A stretch of DNA of 64,000 bases. Origin: a virus. The first letter of the stretch is position 1. Each line of letters starts with the position of its first letter. The position numbers and the translations under genes are program-made. Below, piece by piece: positions 46,704 through 55,629 of this stretch. The DNA lies in the IMG/VR virus record IMGVR_UViG_3300009130_000011, positions 38,755-102,754 of that record, one strand, 5' to 3'. The notes under the pieces are model-generated. The model saw nothing but the letters and a program-made list of their open reading frames with translations, had not been told where the DNA came from and made no database searches.

Positions 46704-47117
46704 TTAAAATGAAGGGATCTTTTTTATATTTTTCCCAATTTTTCTGCGGAAGGTTTCTATTGTTACTGACACTTGGTGCTGGCCTTCTTCTACAAAACGA
46801 CCTAAAATGAGACTGGACAACAATCTTTGGTTTACTTTCGAGCAAGTGAATAGATCAAAAAACATAACTTTTTTCTCTGGCCAAGTATGAAAGCTTAAAT
46901 GAGACTCTGCAAGCAAAGCAAGAAGGGTAAACCCATAAGGGTCAAAGCTATGAGATTGGCACTTTAGAAGATTTAAGCTTAAGGCGCTGCATATGTCTTG
47001 ACAGAGAAGGGTATAGAATTCGTCTTTATCTTTTAACTTTTCCTCTTCTACATTGCAAACACATCCAAGGACATGAGTTTGACTATTCAAGTCAAGAACT
47101 TTAGTATCTATAGACAA
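46704..47117 (-). CDS. speD: S-adenosylmethionine decarboxylase (copy 2)
   Basis: HSFDPYGFTLLALLAESHLSFHTWPE..DLFTC, canonical E|SH cleavage site. Confidence 0.9.
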   Translation of the reverse strand: MSIDTKVLDLNSQTHVLGCVCNVEEEKLKDKDEFYTLLCQDICSALSLNLLKCQSHSFDPYGFTLLALLAESHLSFHTWPEKKVMFFDLFTCSKVNQRLLSSLILGRFVEEGQHQVSVTIETFRRKIGKNIKKIPSF

Positions 47118-47119
47118 GG

Positions 47120-47365
47120 CTATTTTTTTGTTAATGATATGATCCTGTCGTGCCTAAAAGACCTTACCGCTTTTCTGCCATAACAGTACGCTTTAAACCC
47201 TACATTGCTTCGCTCATCATTTTTGTTTCCAAAGGAGCTGTACAAATCAATCTTTCCTATCTGATATGTCTTAACTTTATTGTCGCTATTTTTATATACT
47301 ACATAGTATCTAGGTTCACTTGAGAGCGATTCTAAAGTTTTTTGTATGTACTTTTTGAGATTCAT
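47120..47365 (-). CDS. stand-alone WYL-like protein
   Basis: AYCYGRKAVRSFRHDRI; start moved to ATG 47365. Confidence 0.6.
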   Translation of the reverse strand: MNLKKYIQKTLESLSSEPRYYVVYKNSDNKVKTYQIGKIDLYSSFGNKNDERSNVGFKAYCYGRKAVRSFRHDRIISLTKK

Positions 47366-47374
47366 AAAGAAGCT

Positions 47375-47403
47375 AGTATAGCACAAAAATTTTTTATTGT
47401 CAA
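47375..47403 (-). promoter_or_regulatory. sigma70-type promoter, extended -10
   Basis: TTGACA-N17-TATACT (TGn extension)-N9-ATG(47365). Confidence 0.8.
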
Positions 47404-47408
47404 GCTTT

Positions 47409-47651
47409 TTAATCGTCTTTAGGAAAGAAGCCATGTTTTTCGCAAACACCTACGCTATAGCCAACCTTCCAATTAAAATGCTGGATGTACAAAACCAACC
47501 CCCCAATTACGTACATGCGCCAATCATCTATAGAAAACGATGTAAAAAGCAAAAGGGCAACTAGAAAAAGCGGGCAATATTTGTTTGCACAATAGTCTAT
47601 CACTGTATTGAATTGAGATTTTGATTCGAATATTTCTTGATTTTCTTTCAT
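47409..47651 (-). CDS. small membrane protein
   Basis: Two hydrophobic segments; promoter TTGACA-N17-TAATAT at 47670..47698. Confidence 0.65.
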   Translation of the reverse strand: MKENQEIFESKSQFNTVIDYCANKYCPLFLVALLLFTSFSIDDWRMYVIGGLVLYIQHFNWKVGYSVGVCEKHGFFPKDD

Positions 47652-47694
47652 AATTTTTATTTATGAAAGATATTAGCACGAGAATGCTCTAGTG

Positions 47695-48966
47695 TCAAGA
47701 CAAAATATCAAAAATCGGTGGCTCCCCATTGGAGACTTTAAATGGCCTTCCGCTGGGTGAGTATGTAATCTTCTCTATGCTTAAGCCCATCGCATGTGCA
47801 ATAGTAGCATTTATAGATGGCACATCAACGCCGTTTTCTTCTACATAATGAGCCCTGTCGTCAGATTTGCCATAAACGAATCCTTCTTTTACGCCTCCTC
47901 CTGCGAATAAAACGCTAAATGCGGAGGGGTGGTGATCTCTGCCGACCCTTCCAGCTTTAACTTCTGGAGTTCTTCCAAACTCACTTGCCACAACGACCAT
48001 TGTATCCGAGAGTAGACCTCTCAGGTTTAAATCTTCTAATAAAGAGCTCAAGCCAGCATCTAAAACGGTACCTCTTGTTTCCATGTTTCCAAAAACATCG
48101 TTATGCATGTCCCAGCCGCCATAAGAAACCTCAACAAATCTAACTTTATTTTCCACCAGCCTCCTTGCTAAAAGACAGCCTTGACCAAAATTATCTCTGC
48201 CATATTTATCTCTAAGCGACTCTGGCTCCTTGCTTAGGTCAAAAGCTTCAAGATCTTTGCTTTTCATTAGGCTAATGGCATTGTCATACAAATCTGAGTA
48301 AGCTCTAACTTGTTTTTGCGGAAAAGACTCTGTAAAATTTTTATTTAATACCCGTGAAGCATCTAGACGCTTGTGATATAAATTTTCTTCAACATATCCA
48401 GACTTTTTTACATTCTGTATGCCTGCATTTGGATTGCCTAGCGGTAATGGGCCATGCTTACTTTCAAAATAGCCTGCGCCTATAATCCCGCTACCCCCGT
48501 TGATTTTTACATTGTCAGGAAGGGTTTTGTTCAGCTTATCGCAAAGTTTACTAATCCAGCTCCCCATGCTTGGGTGAATAATTGTGCCCCTTTTTTGGTA
48601 GCTAGTATGAAGCAAATAGTTTGCTTGTTCGTGAGCTCCTTGATTACTATTAACCGACCTAACTAAAGAGGCAAGGTGCATCTGTTGGGCAGTTTTGGGG
48701 AGCCAATTGCCCAGCTGTATCCCGTCTGCTGAAGTATTTATAGCAGTAGTTTCTCCCATTACATCTTTATTTTCAGGCTTAGGATCGAAGGTGTCTAGAT
48801 GGGTCATGCCTCCCCTCATATTTAGAAAAATAACGTGACGAGCGGTTGGCATTTTTGTTGTTTTAGCCATGAGCTCCGAGCCATAAACCAGAGCGCTGAC
48901 GCCAAGATAGCTCCTAGCTATTTCTTTTGCAAATTGCCTGCGAGATAATTCATCTAACATTTTCAT
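47695..48966 (-). CDS. DUF1501 family protein with Tat signal
   Basis: SRRQF, IFLNMRGGMTHLDTFDPKP, FGQGCLLARRLVE, GWDMH, SEFGRTP, GRDHHP. Confidence 0.92.
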   Translation of the reverse strand: MKMLDELSRRQFAKEIARSYLGVSALVYGSELMAKTTKMPTARHVIFLNMRGGMTHLDTFDPKPENKDVMGETTAINTSADGIQLGNWLPKTAQQMHLASLVRSVNSNQGAHEQANYLLHTSYQKRGTIIHPSMGSWISKLCDKLNKTLPDNVKINGGSGIIGAGYFESKHGPLPLGNPNAGIQNVKKSGYVEENLYHKRLDASRVLNKNFTESFPQKQVRAYSDLYDNAISLMKSKDLEAFDLSKEPESLRDKYGRDNFGQGCLLARRLVENKVRFVEVSYGGWDMHNDVFGNMETRGTVLDAGLSSLLEDLNLRGLLSDTMVVVASEFGRTPEVKAGRVGRDHHPSAFSVLFAGGGVKEGFVYGKSDDRAHYVEENGVDVPSINATIAHAMGLSIEKITYSPSGRPFKVSNGEPPIFDILS

Positions 48967-48977
48967 GGTATAACTTT

Positions 48978-51005
48978 CTATTTAATAAATATAAATTCGT
49001 GTGCATTTAAAAGAATCCAAGAGACGTGTTTAAATCCATCCTTTTCATCGACATATTGTTTTAGTAATGTCGATTCGTTCGACATAGGTTTTCTTGAAAG
49101 AATTGAGAGAAAAGCATTTTCCACTTGTTTTTGTTTACTTTTTTCTGATTGCATTTGAACTATAAAGTCGGCATCTTTTTTATTTAAGATATTGGATTCG
49201 ACAAACCCGTTTAGCAAATTTAAAACTTGCGTAGTATTAGGCTCTGCGTTGCTGTTGTCTATCTGTTCTTTATCGCTGCCTCCAAACTGTCTAATTAAAT
49301 GGCCTCCCGGAGCAGGATAAGGTAGGTAGCTACTACGCACCAAGCTTCTGTCTTTGAACTTTTTATTATTAGCTTCGTAAGTGCTTAAAATCGCTAGGAG
49401 ATTCCTGTTCCCAGCATTTTCTTCTGCAAGTTGTTTGAAGTCTGCATAAATTTCTTCTCCTGTCATGTCTTTATATCGATCATAAATTACTGAATAGTCT
49501 TGCTGGTTGTATAAATAAACCCTGCCTGCGGAGTCTATGTCATTATAAACTAAAGTAACTAAAGAATCCCACAACTGCTCTCCAGTCATTCTTCTCAGGA
49601 TTGGGCCTTCGAAATTATATTCTTCAAGGCTTTTGTAGTCTTGTTTTTTTGCAGACCTTTGAAATAGTTTGGTATTTAAAAGAATTCTTTCGTATTCCCT
49701 TAAATCGTAATTCACTGAAACTAATAGACGCTCTAGATATTTCATTAGCTTTTGATTGCTTGCTACCGTATCGTCCATCATAGTGTCTATCGGTTCTATT
49801 AGCCCTGCGCCAAAAATTCTTTTCCAGATTCTGTTTGCAATCATGGTGGTGAATCTGGGGTTATCTTTGCTTGTTAACCAATCTGCAAAAACTTTTCTAC
49901 TACTACCTTGTGTGGTTTCTGTAGGTTTTGGAGTGAAAATTGCCTTGGCGAAAACAGTATCGCCCGGCTTGCCATCGTCCTCCGCAAAATCTCTAGGAAG
50001 TTTTATTGTGCCTGTTCCATTGTTTTCAATCCCTGATTGAATAGAATCTCTCACTACATTTCTCCAATTGTTAAAGAGGCCTGCGTTTGCATCCCCATCC
50101 GCATTAATTGCTCGGCTAAGTTCGCCTATTGATTTGCCTTGATTTCTAAGTCTAACGTTTCCAATGCCCGAAGTGAATGCAGTCATTTCGTAGAATTGGC
50201 GCTGGCTCCACTTGTCAAATGGGTGATTATGACACATCGCGCATTCAAGCCTAGTCCCCAAAAAGATTCTTATTGTATGTGAGAGATTATCTTCCTGCAT
50301 GCCTCGATCTCGCAGGTAATAACTTATAGCTTCTCCTCCATCCAGAAGCCTTCCGCTGCTTCCAATTAACTCCCTAACCATTTGATCGTAAGGTTTTTTA
50401 GATTCAATTGAATCTCTGAGCCATTTCCTGTATACCGAACCTACGTTAATGTTGGTTCCGTTGATTCTATCTTTCACCCTAAGCATGTCGCTCCACCAAT
50501 TCATTTGGTGATTTGTATATCCAGATGAATTTAATAGCTTTTGTATCAATTTATCTTTTTTAGAAGAGTCTCTATCGTTAACAAAAGAAAGTAATTCGTC
50601 TTGTGTTGGTATCCTTCCTGCGACCGTAAGATAAAGCCTTCTTGCATAAGCATAATCATCTAAAGGCTTAGTTTTATATAAGCGTTTGCTCCTTAAATTT
50701 TGCTCAATAAGCTCATCGATATATGCTGCATAGCCATTTAAGGTTCTTTGGTCTAGGGGTATTTTTGAGGGTGGGATGCTGCTGTATCTATTTTCCGAGT
50801 GATAAAGTTCAATTTGTTTTTGACTATCAATCGTAAGCGCTTCTATTTTAAATCTAAATTGCTGTAAATCTTTATCCCTAGCAATTCTAACATGAGTTTC
50901 ATTTGCATCCAATATTTTCGCCTCAAGAGAGTTGCCATCCTTGAAATAAAGGGTGGAGCCAAAACAAAAAGTAGTGGTAAGGAAGAAAAATAATAAAGCC
51001 TTCAT
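48978..51005 (-). CDS. DUF1549/DUF1553 domain secreted protein
   Basis: Signal peptide; RRLYLTVAGRIPT, FLGTRLECAMCHNHPFD, NRIWKRIFGAGLIEP, RRMTGEQLWDS. Confidence 0.92.
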   Translation of the reverse strand: MKALLFFFLTTTFCFGSTLYFKDGNSLEAKILDANETHVRIARDKDLQQFRFKIEALTIDSQKQIELYHSENRYSSIPPSKIPLDQRTLNGYAAYIDELIEQNLRSKRLYKTKPLDDYAYARRLYLTVAGRIPTQDELLSFVNDRDSSKKDKLIQKLLNSSGYTNHQMNWWSDMLRVKDRINGTNINVGSVYRKWLRDSIESKKPYDQMVRELIGSSGRLLDGGEAISYYLRDRGMQEDNLSHTIRIFLGTRLECAMCHNHPFDKWSQRQFYEMTAFTSGIGNVRLRNQGKSIGELSRAINADGDANAGLFNNWRNVVRDSIQSGIENNGTGTIKLPRDFAEDDGKPGDTVFAKAIFTPKPTETTQGSSRKVFADWLTSKDNPRFTTMIANRIWKRIFGAGLIEPIDTMMDDTVASNQKLMKYLERLLVSVNYDLREYERILLNTKLFQRSAKKQDYKSLEEYNFEGPILRRMTGEQLWDSLVTLVYNDIDSAGRVYLYNQQDYSVIYDRYKDMTGEEIYADFKQLAEENAGNRNLLAILSTYEANNKKFKDRSLVRSSYLPYPAPGGHLIRQFGGSDKEQIDNSNAEPNTTQVLNLLNGFVESNILNKKDADFIVQMQSEKSKQKQVENAFLSILSRKPMSNESTLLKQYVDEKDGFKHVSWILLNAHEFIFIK

Positions 51006-51030
51006 AAAAAGAAATACACTTCTTTGAAAA

Positions 51031-51428
51031 TGGTGGAGGTGGCGGGAGTTGAACCCGCGTCCTAATCGCTTTCAAGCAATCACTTCTACAAGCTTAGTTA
51101 GTTTCTTTTTGAGTTGTTGATACTAACATCGAACTTCCTGTTTCAATTATTTGCAGTTTATTAACAGGTAAACCTTTTCTGTTTTGCAGATCAATGACCC
51201 CTTATCCCTTTTATCTGCGTCAAAAGGTAAGAGGTTAGCAGGTTAAGCTGCTAAGGCGAGCTTACGGCTCTTGAAACCGAAACGCTTCGCAGCGATGCGG
51301 TTCTTGAAACCGAGAGCTCTAACACGGTTTTTAGCGCCATGTAAAGCTTTGCACATTGATAACGAAGCCAAGTGCATCTCCGGCTTGCGGTGAAAGAATC
51401 CAACGCTAGTCGAATCCAGAACACCCCC
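51031..51428 (-). ncRNA. ssrA: tmRNA
   Basis: 5' GGGGGTG..GGATTCGAC; 3' GGACGCGGGTTCAACTCCCGCCACCTCCACCA; G3.U70 pair; internal tag ORF ending LALAA-stop. Confidence 0.95.
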
Positions 51429-51452
51429 ATAAATTTTTCAAAGAACTATAGT

Positions 51453-51701
51453 TTATACACTAAAATTTGTAATTCTGAGCCTTATTTGCTCAAGATTTCC
51501 ACTCCTTACAAGAGTTCCGCTTAGGAATATGCAATCTTTGCCAAAAATACTATGCGGCTTTGCTATAACCCCTAGTACGCTCCCTTCTTTACTCTTAAAC
51601 TCAAGCATGTCTTGCTCAAGGCTGAGAATTGACGAGCCTTCGTAGAAATCTCCAATCATATCCTCACAATCACAGTCTAAAACTTCCGCACTGCAATTCA
51701 T
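51453..51701 (-). CDS. hypothetical protein
   Basis: Array ORF. Confidence 0.55.
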   Translation of the reverse strand: MNCSAEVLDCDCEDMIGDFYEGSSILSLEQDMLEFKSKEGSVLGVIAKPHSIFGKDCIFLSGTLVRSGNLEQIRLRITNFSV

Positions 51702-51926
51702 TCTAATTATAATACTTGGACATAACGCTTCTATTAAGCTTTAGTTGCTTAATCATATACCAAGCCTTAAATGGAACTGCAGCCGCCCACCCGAAGCTCA
51801 TAATTAACCCACATGTTCCAGACCAAGTCCAGAAACTTGAAAAAATAAATTCTAAAACTTCAGTCATTGTCTATCGTCCACTTGATTCCAAATTTTTTGC
51901 TGATATTTTTTTTATAAAAAATTATT

Positions 51927-52214
51927 TTAAATTTTTAATAAAAGAGATTCTATGCTTTTTATCTCTTCTATTTCTGAGCGAAGTTCTCGTAACGCTCTCT
52001 CCCTGTGCCAATCTAGATCTTCTTGTTTTGCAATTCCTACGCCGGGATTATATACGGGATTAGACCACCGTTCTACGGTGTGCTTTACATTTTTGAGCCT
52101 ATCTTCTAAGGATTTCTTAAGAATAGAAAGCTCCTCTTTTGTGAAATGAATGCCGTAGACAACTTCTCCCTCAATCGAGTTACCAAATTCCATTCTTTCC
52201 ATAATATCTGACAC
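51927..52214 (-). CDS. hypothetical protein
   Basis: Behind TTGACT-N17-TATCAT (52220..52248). Confidence 0.65.
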   Translation of the reverse strand: MSDIMERMEFGNSIEGEVVYGIHFTKEELSILKKSLEDRLKNVKHTVERWSNPVYNPGVGIAKQEDLDWHRERALRELRSEIEEIKSIESLLLKI

Positions 52215-52250
52215 ACCTTATGATAACCTCAAAAAAATAAAAAGTCAAGT

Positions 52251-52889
52251 CTAAAAAACCTTAAAGGAATCTCTTCCTAGAAAATCTTCAGCTAAATCAA
52301 TAAGTAAAAAATATAAATAATGAAAATCTTTACTCAAGTATTCTGGAGACATGCAAACAAATACTTCTGCAAAACTTTTTTCTTTTAATTTGGCGTCAGA
52401 AATTGTGTTGTAAAAATAAATCGATCTTTCTTGCTCTACCCTGCCATCTTTTAATACGTTAGAGTTGAATTTTCCGTAAGATAAAGATTGTGACTGCAAG
52501 GAAAGTAAATCTTGTTGAGGGAGAAGTTCAGAACTTCTATTTTTAATCCAATGGTATTCATTTAAAAGTCCAGATCTCATTGTCCATCCCACCCAATTGC
52601 TTTCGCATACTACCCCATCTTCGAAGCCAACCATATCTTCTGGTTCGTAGTAAATGTCGTGGTGGTCATCTATATTATATATATTAACTAAAGAGCGACC
52701 GCTTATACATGATAGTATATCGGAATGAGTTTGAGAAAAGGAAATATTTGGCAGATCTTTATGTGTCGAGCCGTATTGCTTGGAAATAATACCTGTAAAG
52801 AGCCTTATGATATCCCTCAGGCTGCGCTCGTCTTTGCAAAAATCGACATCTATAGATAGGATATTGAAATCCTCTGTATCATTGGTCAT
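52251..52889 (-). CDS. arginase/UPF0489-like fold protein
   Basis: LSIDVDF, NIDDHHD, ESNWV, CMSPEY. Confidence 0.6.
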   Translation of the reverse strand: MTNDTEDFNILSIDVDFCKDERSLRDIIRLFTGIISKQYGSTHKDLPNISFSQTHSDILSCISGRSLVNIYNIDDHHDIYYEPEDMVGFEDGVVCESNWVGWTMRSGLLNEYHWIKNRSSELLPQQDLLSLQSQSLSYGKFNSNVLKDGRVEQERSIYFYNTISDAKLKEKSFAEVFVCMSPEYLSKDFHYLYFLLIDLAEDFLGRDSFKVF

Positions 52890-53922
52890 AGATTGCGTTA
52901 TAGCGTTCCCTAGTTAGCCTTCTAAGCTCTTCTTCTGTTAGCTTTTCTTCTGGCTCTGGCTCTAGCATTTTTGCAATTGCGAGATCGCCTTTTCTTACGT
53001 CACATTCCCATTTAATTTGATAATCAAACGTAGGTATTGGAGTAGAAAGATAGTCTGCGTGCTTTGCAGTCCCTGCTACCCCTTCGCTCCAGCGAAATAA
53101 AGGAATTACTCCTCCCCACGTCTCATGAAAAGCCCCTATGTTAACTTCTTGATCTAAGGCTTTATCTATAAGCTCAGAGGGGTTGCATTTATCATGAAGG
53201 TTGTCATAAACCAATGCAAAGCCGTGTCCATGTTCTTCCAAGCAATAAACGTGAAAATATTTAAATAATCTATAGCAGTTCCAAGTTCCTTGATCGTCGC
53301 AATCAAGGGCAATCCTGCGTTGAGCGCCTTTATCTAATTTTTTAAATGAAGAATAAAATCTATCTACAAATTGTATGAAGTCATCATGATAATACTCGCC
53401 TTTATCGTTTACGCCAACCTGTTCGCCAATCTCAATACATATCGGCGAAGATAAATTTTGTTGACAGCCGAGAGTATCCAGAAACCAAGCATGAAAATTA
53501 AACTCTTTAATGGTTTTTTCAGATATTTCTTCAGCTTCGCTAGCCAAGGAGTTAAATCCATCTGGATGAATTGATAATGATATCCCCACGCTCTTGGCGC
53601 CTTTGCCAATATCTTTAATCTTATCAACTATAGAGTTATAGGAAGGTAAATCTCCTAGCGAAATATTTACAGTCGGGTCGGAAACTAGCGAAAAAATTGA
53701 ATTGCTGAGCCTGTAGTTTACGATGCCTAACTCTGCGCAATGAGAAATAATTTTTTTTGTGAGTGATAAATTATGATTTATAACACTTTCGAGCTTTGCA
53801 AGCGCCTCCGCATCGCCTCCTTCGCTTCCTAGCTCGTCAAACTCTCGACGAGTCATGCCTTGAAAAACATTAGAGGAGTCTTCTTCTAGAAGAATTTCGC
53901 TAGTTCCTATTAGTCCGTACAT
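52879..53922 (-). CDS. divergent UvsE paralogue
   Basis: YRLS, IHPDGF, YDNLHD and WSEG retained; several active-site positions changed. Confidence 0.8.
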   Translation of the reverse strand: MYGLIGTSEILLEEDSSNVFQGMTRREFDELGSEGGDAEALAKLESVINHNLSLTKKIISHCAELGIVNYRLSNSIFSLVSDPTVNISLGDLPSYNSIVDKIKDIGKGAKSVGISLSIHPDGFNSLASEAEEISEKTIKEFNFHAWFLDTLGCQQNLSSPICIEIGEQVGVNDKGEYYHDDFIQFVDRFYSSFKKLDKGAQRRIALDCDDQGTWNCYRLFKYFHVYCLEEHGHGFALVYDNLHDKCNPSELIDKALDQEVNIGAFHETWGGVIPLFRWSEGVAGTAKHADYLSTPIPTFDYQIKWECDVRKGDLAIAKMLEPEPEEKLTEEELRRLTRERYNAIYDQ

Positions 53923-53943
53923 AATATGTATAATACACCAATT

Positions 53944-54609
53944 TTATGATTTAATCAATTCTTTATCCCAAAAATTTAAATGTAAGGTAGCATTAATACT
54001 TGACCCTTGGTGCGGGTTAATTAAATATGGATAAGAAGAGTCAAAAAAAACTGCTCTATTGAATTTATGTGGAATGTTTATAGTATGTTCCGTAGGGTGT
54101 CCATCTTTTAAGCATTCAAAAGAATCGCATAAAGATATCCCTCCGCCTACAACTTCATCGGGAGTTATGAAGACGCAACAAGACCATAAAGGAAGCGAAG
54201 AAGCTATATCGATCTTGTTAAACATTGGTTCGCCATCTGGATTGGAAATATTCTTGCATAAATCGTCCCACGCCAACGTCTTCTCGTCAAGGTCTAATCT
54301 AAAATTTGGGGCAGGCGCATTTACAGTTTGAAAATTTATCCAAAATTCTATGCTTTTTATCTTTTCTACAATTGGATCAAACAAATGCTTCGCTCGATCT
54401 TTAATTAAATTAAAAATAATATTATTTAATAACTCTCCAGAATATATTCTCTCTGGCCTGTTTAGGGATTCTAAATCTGTTGCGCCTTTCATTATAGCGC
54501 CCGAATCTAAACCTTTGCGACGAGAGTGGTCTTTAGCCCAATCTTCAAACCACATTATCATTGAATCGCTTTGCGTTGCGTCGTCAAAAATGTTAATTGT
54601 ATTCCACAT
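53944..54609 (-). CDS. degenerate 2OG-Fe(II) oxygenase-like protein
   Basis: EFW..DLDE..P..C.F....GGGI...IPHKFNRAVFFDS scaffold without the HxD...H histidines. Confidence 0.55.
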   Translation of the reverse strand: MWNTINIFDDATQSDSMIMWFEDWAKDHSRRKGLDSGAIMKGATDLESLNRPERIYSGELLNNIIFNLIKDRAKHLFDPIVEKIKSIEFWINFQTVNAPAPNFRLDLDEKTLAWDDLCKNISNPDGEPMFNKIDIASSLPLWSCCVFITPDEVVGGGISLCDSFECLKDGHPTEHTINIPHKFNRAVFFDSSYPYLINPHQGSSINATLHLNFWDKELIKS

Positions 54610-54627
54610 TATGTGTATATAATAAAA

Positions 54628-54945
54628 ATGATTGTACTTATAGAAGGGTCATTAAGCGAACCTCCAAGCTCTGTCTATTGCTTTAGGGATTTAACTCTCT
54701 ATGCTAATGTATTCTTAGATGCTGATGTATTAGTTGAGTGTGATAAAGAAAATATAGATTTATATTGGGAGTGGTTAAGAAAAAGATGCGCCATGGACTT
54801 TATTAGAGATATTTTAGGATTTGGGGAGCAGGAAGGGATAAGAATTGGCTCTGGACAGGAAGGAGTTGCAAATATAATAATAGATAAAATAGATGAATAT
54901 TCTTTAAATGGAGTGATATCAAAATTAAATACTTTCAAGAATTGA
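54628..54945 (+). CDS. hypothetical protein
   Basis: Start moved to ATG 54628 (GTGTA-N10); divergent from the 54609 gene. Confidence 0.7.
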   Translation: MIVLIEGSLSEPPSSVYCFRDLTLYANVFLDADVLVECDKENIDLYWEWLRKRCAMDFIRDILGFGEQEGIRIGSGQEGVANIIIDKIDEYSLNGVISKLNTFKN

Positions 54946-55629
54946 TCTACCGCAAAAAAAGTTGAAGGTTTCTTTTTGCTCTTGAATTGATGGATACTGT
55001 TTGTAATGCATGTCAGGATTTACACAGGCACCTAGTGGACTAACGCAAAGCAGATTGAAGGCAAATTTATACCTTTGTATCCAATCCTCGAAGGAATTTA
55101 ATCTTACCCCTGTCTGTTTCATGGTTTTTATTATATCCTCTTTCGTTGAACCAACGCCTTCTATAAAAGGATACATAAAAGTATGGTTAAATCCTGCGCA
55201 GTAAACTGAGCAGCCACGTATAACGTGAACTAAATTATCAGTAATTTTTACTAAATTATCTTTGGGGTAAGTTCCGAGCAATATGGCTTCCCAATGGCTC
55301 CCTCGAGATAATCGAAAGTTTTCAGAAAGGTCATTTAACCCTCCAGTTATAGAAGATAGGTTTATAAAACTAGTGCTATCTAAAAAAACAAGGGCATTAG
55401 ATTTGCCGTCTCCGTAAGCCTTCTCTAGGAGGTGTCTATAAGAGTAAAAGATCTTCGCTTCACAAGAAGATATTTCATCAAGCCCAAACTCAGAAAAAGA
55501 TGGGGGAGAAAAAAACTCTACCCTGCTAGAGATTCCTAGCTTTTGACACTCAAGTTCAGCATTTTGCTTTCCATTCTCGGAAAGCGTTATGCAATAGATT
55601 CCTTGAAAGAAATCTAGAGGGCCATTCAC
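54925..55629 (-). CDS. degenerate GT25-like protein
   Basis: DFFQGIYCITL..LGISSRVEFF..NALVFLDS..WEAILLG follows the GT25 layout but lacks the SH/EDD motifs. Confidence 0.55.
   Translation of the reverse strand: MNGPLDFFQGIYCITLSENGKQNAELECQKLGISSRVEFFSPPSFSEFGLDEISSCEAKIFYSYRHLLEKAYGDGKSNALVFLDSTSFINLSSITGGLNDLSENFRLSRGSHWEAILLGTYPKDNLVKITDNLVHVIRGCSVYCAGFNHTFMYPFIEGVGSTKEDIIKTMKQTGVRLNSFEDWIQRYKFAFNLLCVSPLGACVNPDMHYKQYPSIQEQKETFNFFCGRSILESI

Noticed and set aside
51250-51340. ATG-initiated 29-aa ORF (MALKTVLELSVSR...) inside the tmRNA
   Set aside because: Different frame from the LALAA-ending tag; tmRNA tags do not start at ATG; no other support
54628-54945. Plus-strand ORF as a fourth degenerate (HAD-like) enzyme in the pseudoenzyme cluster
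   Set aside because: The resemblance is too faint to support by eye; kept as hypothetical pending profile search
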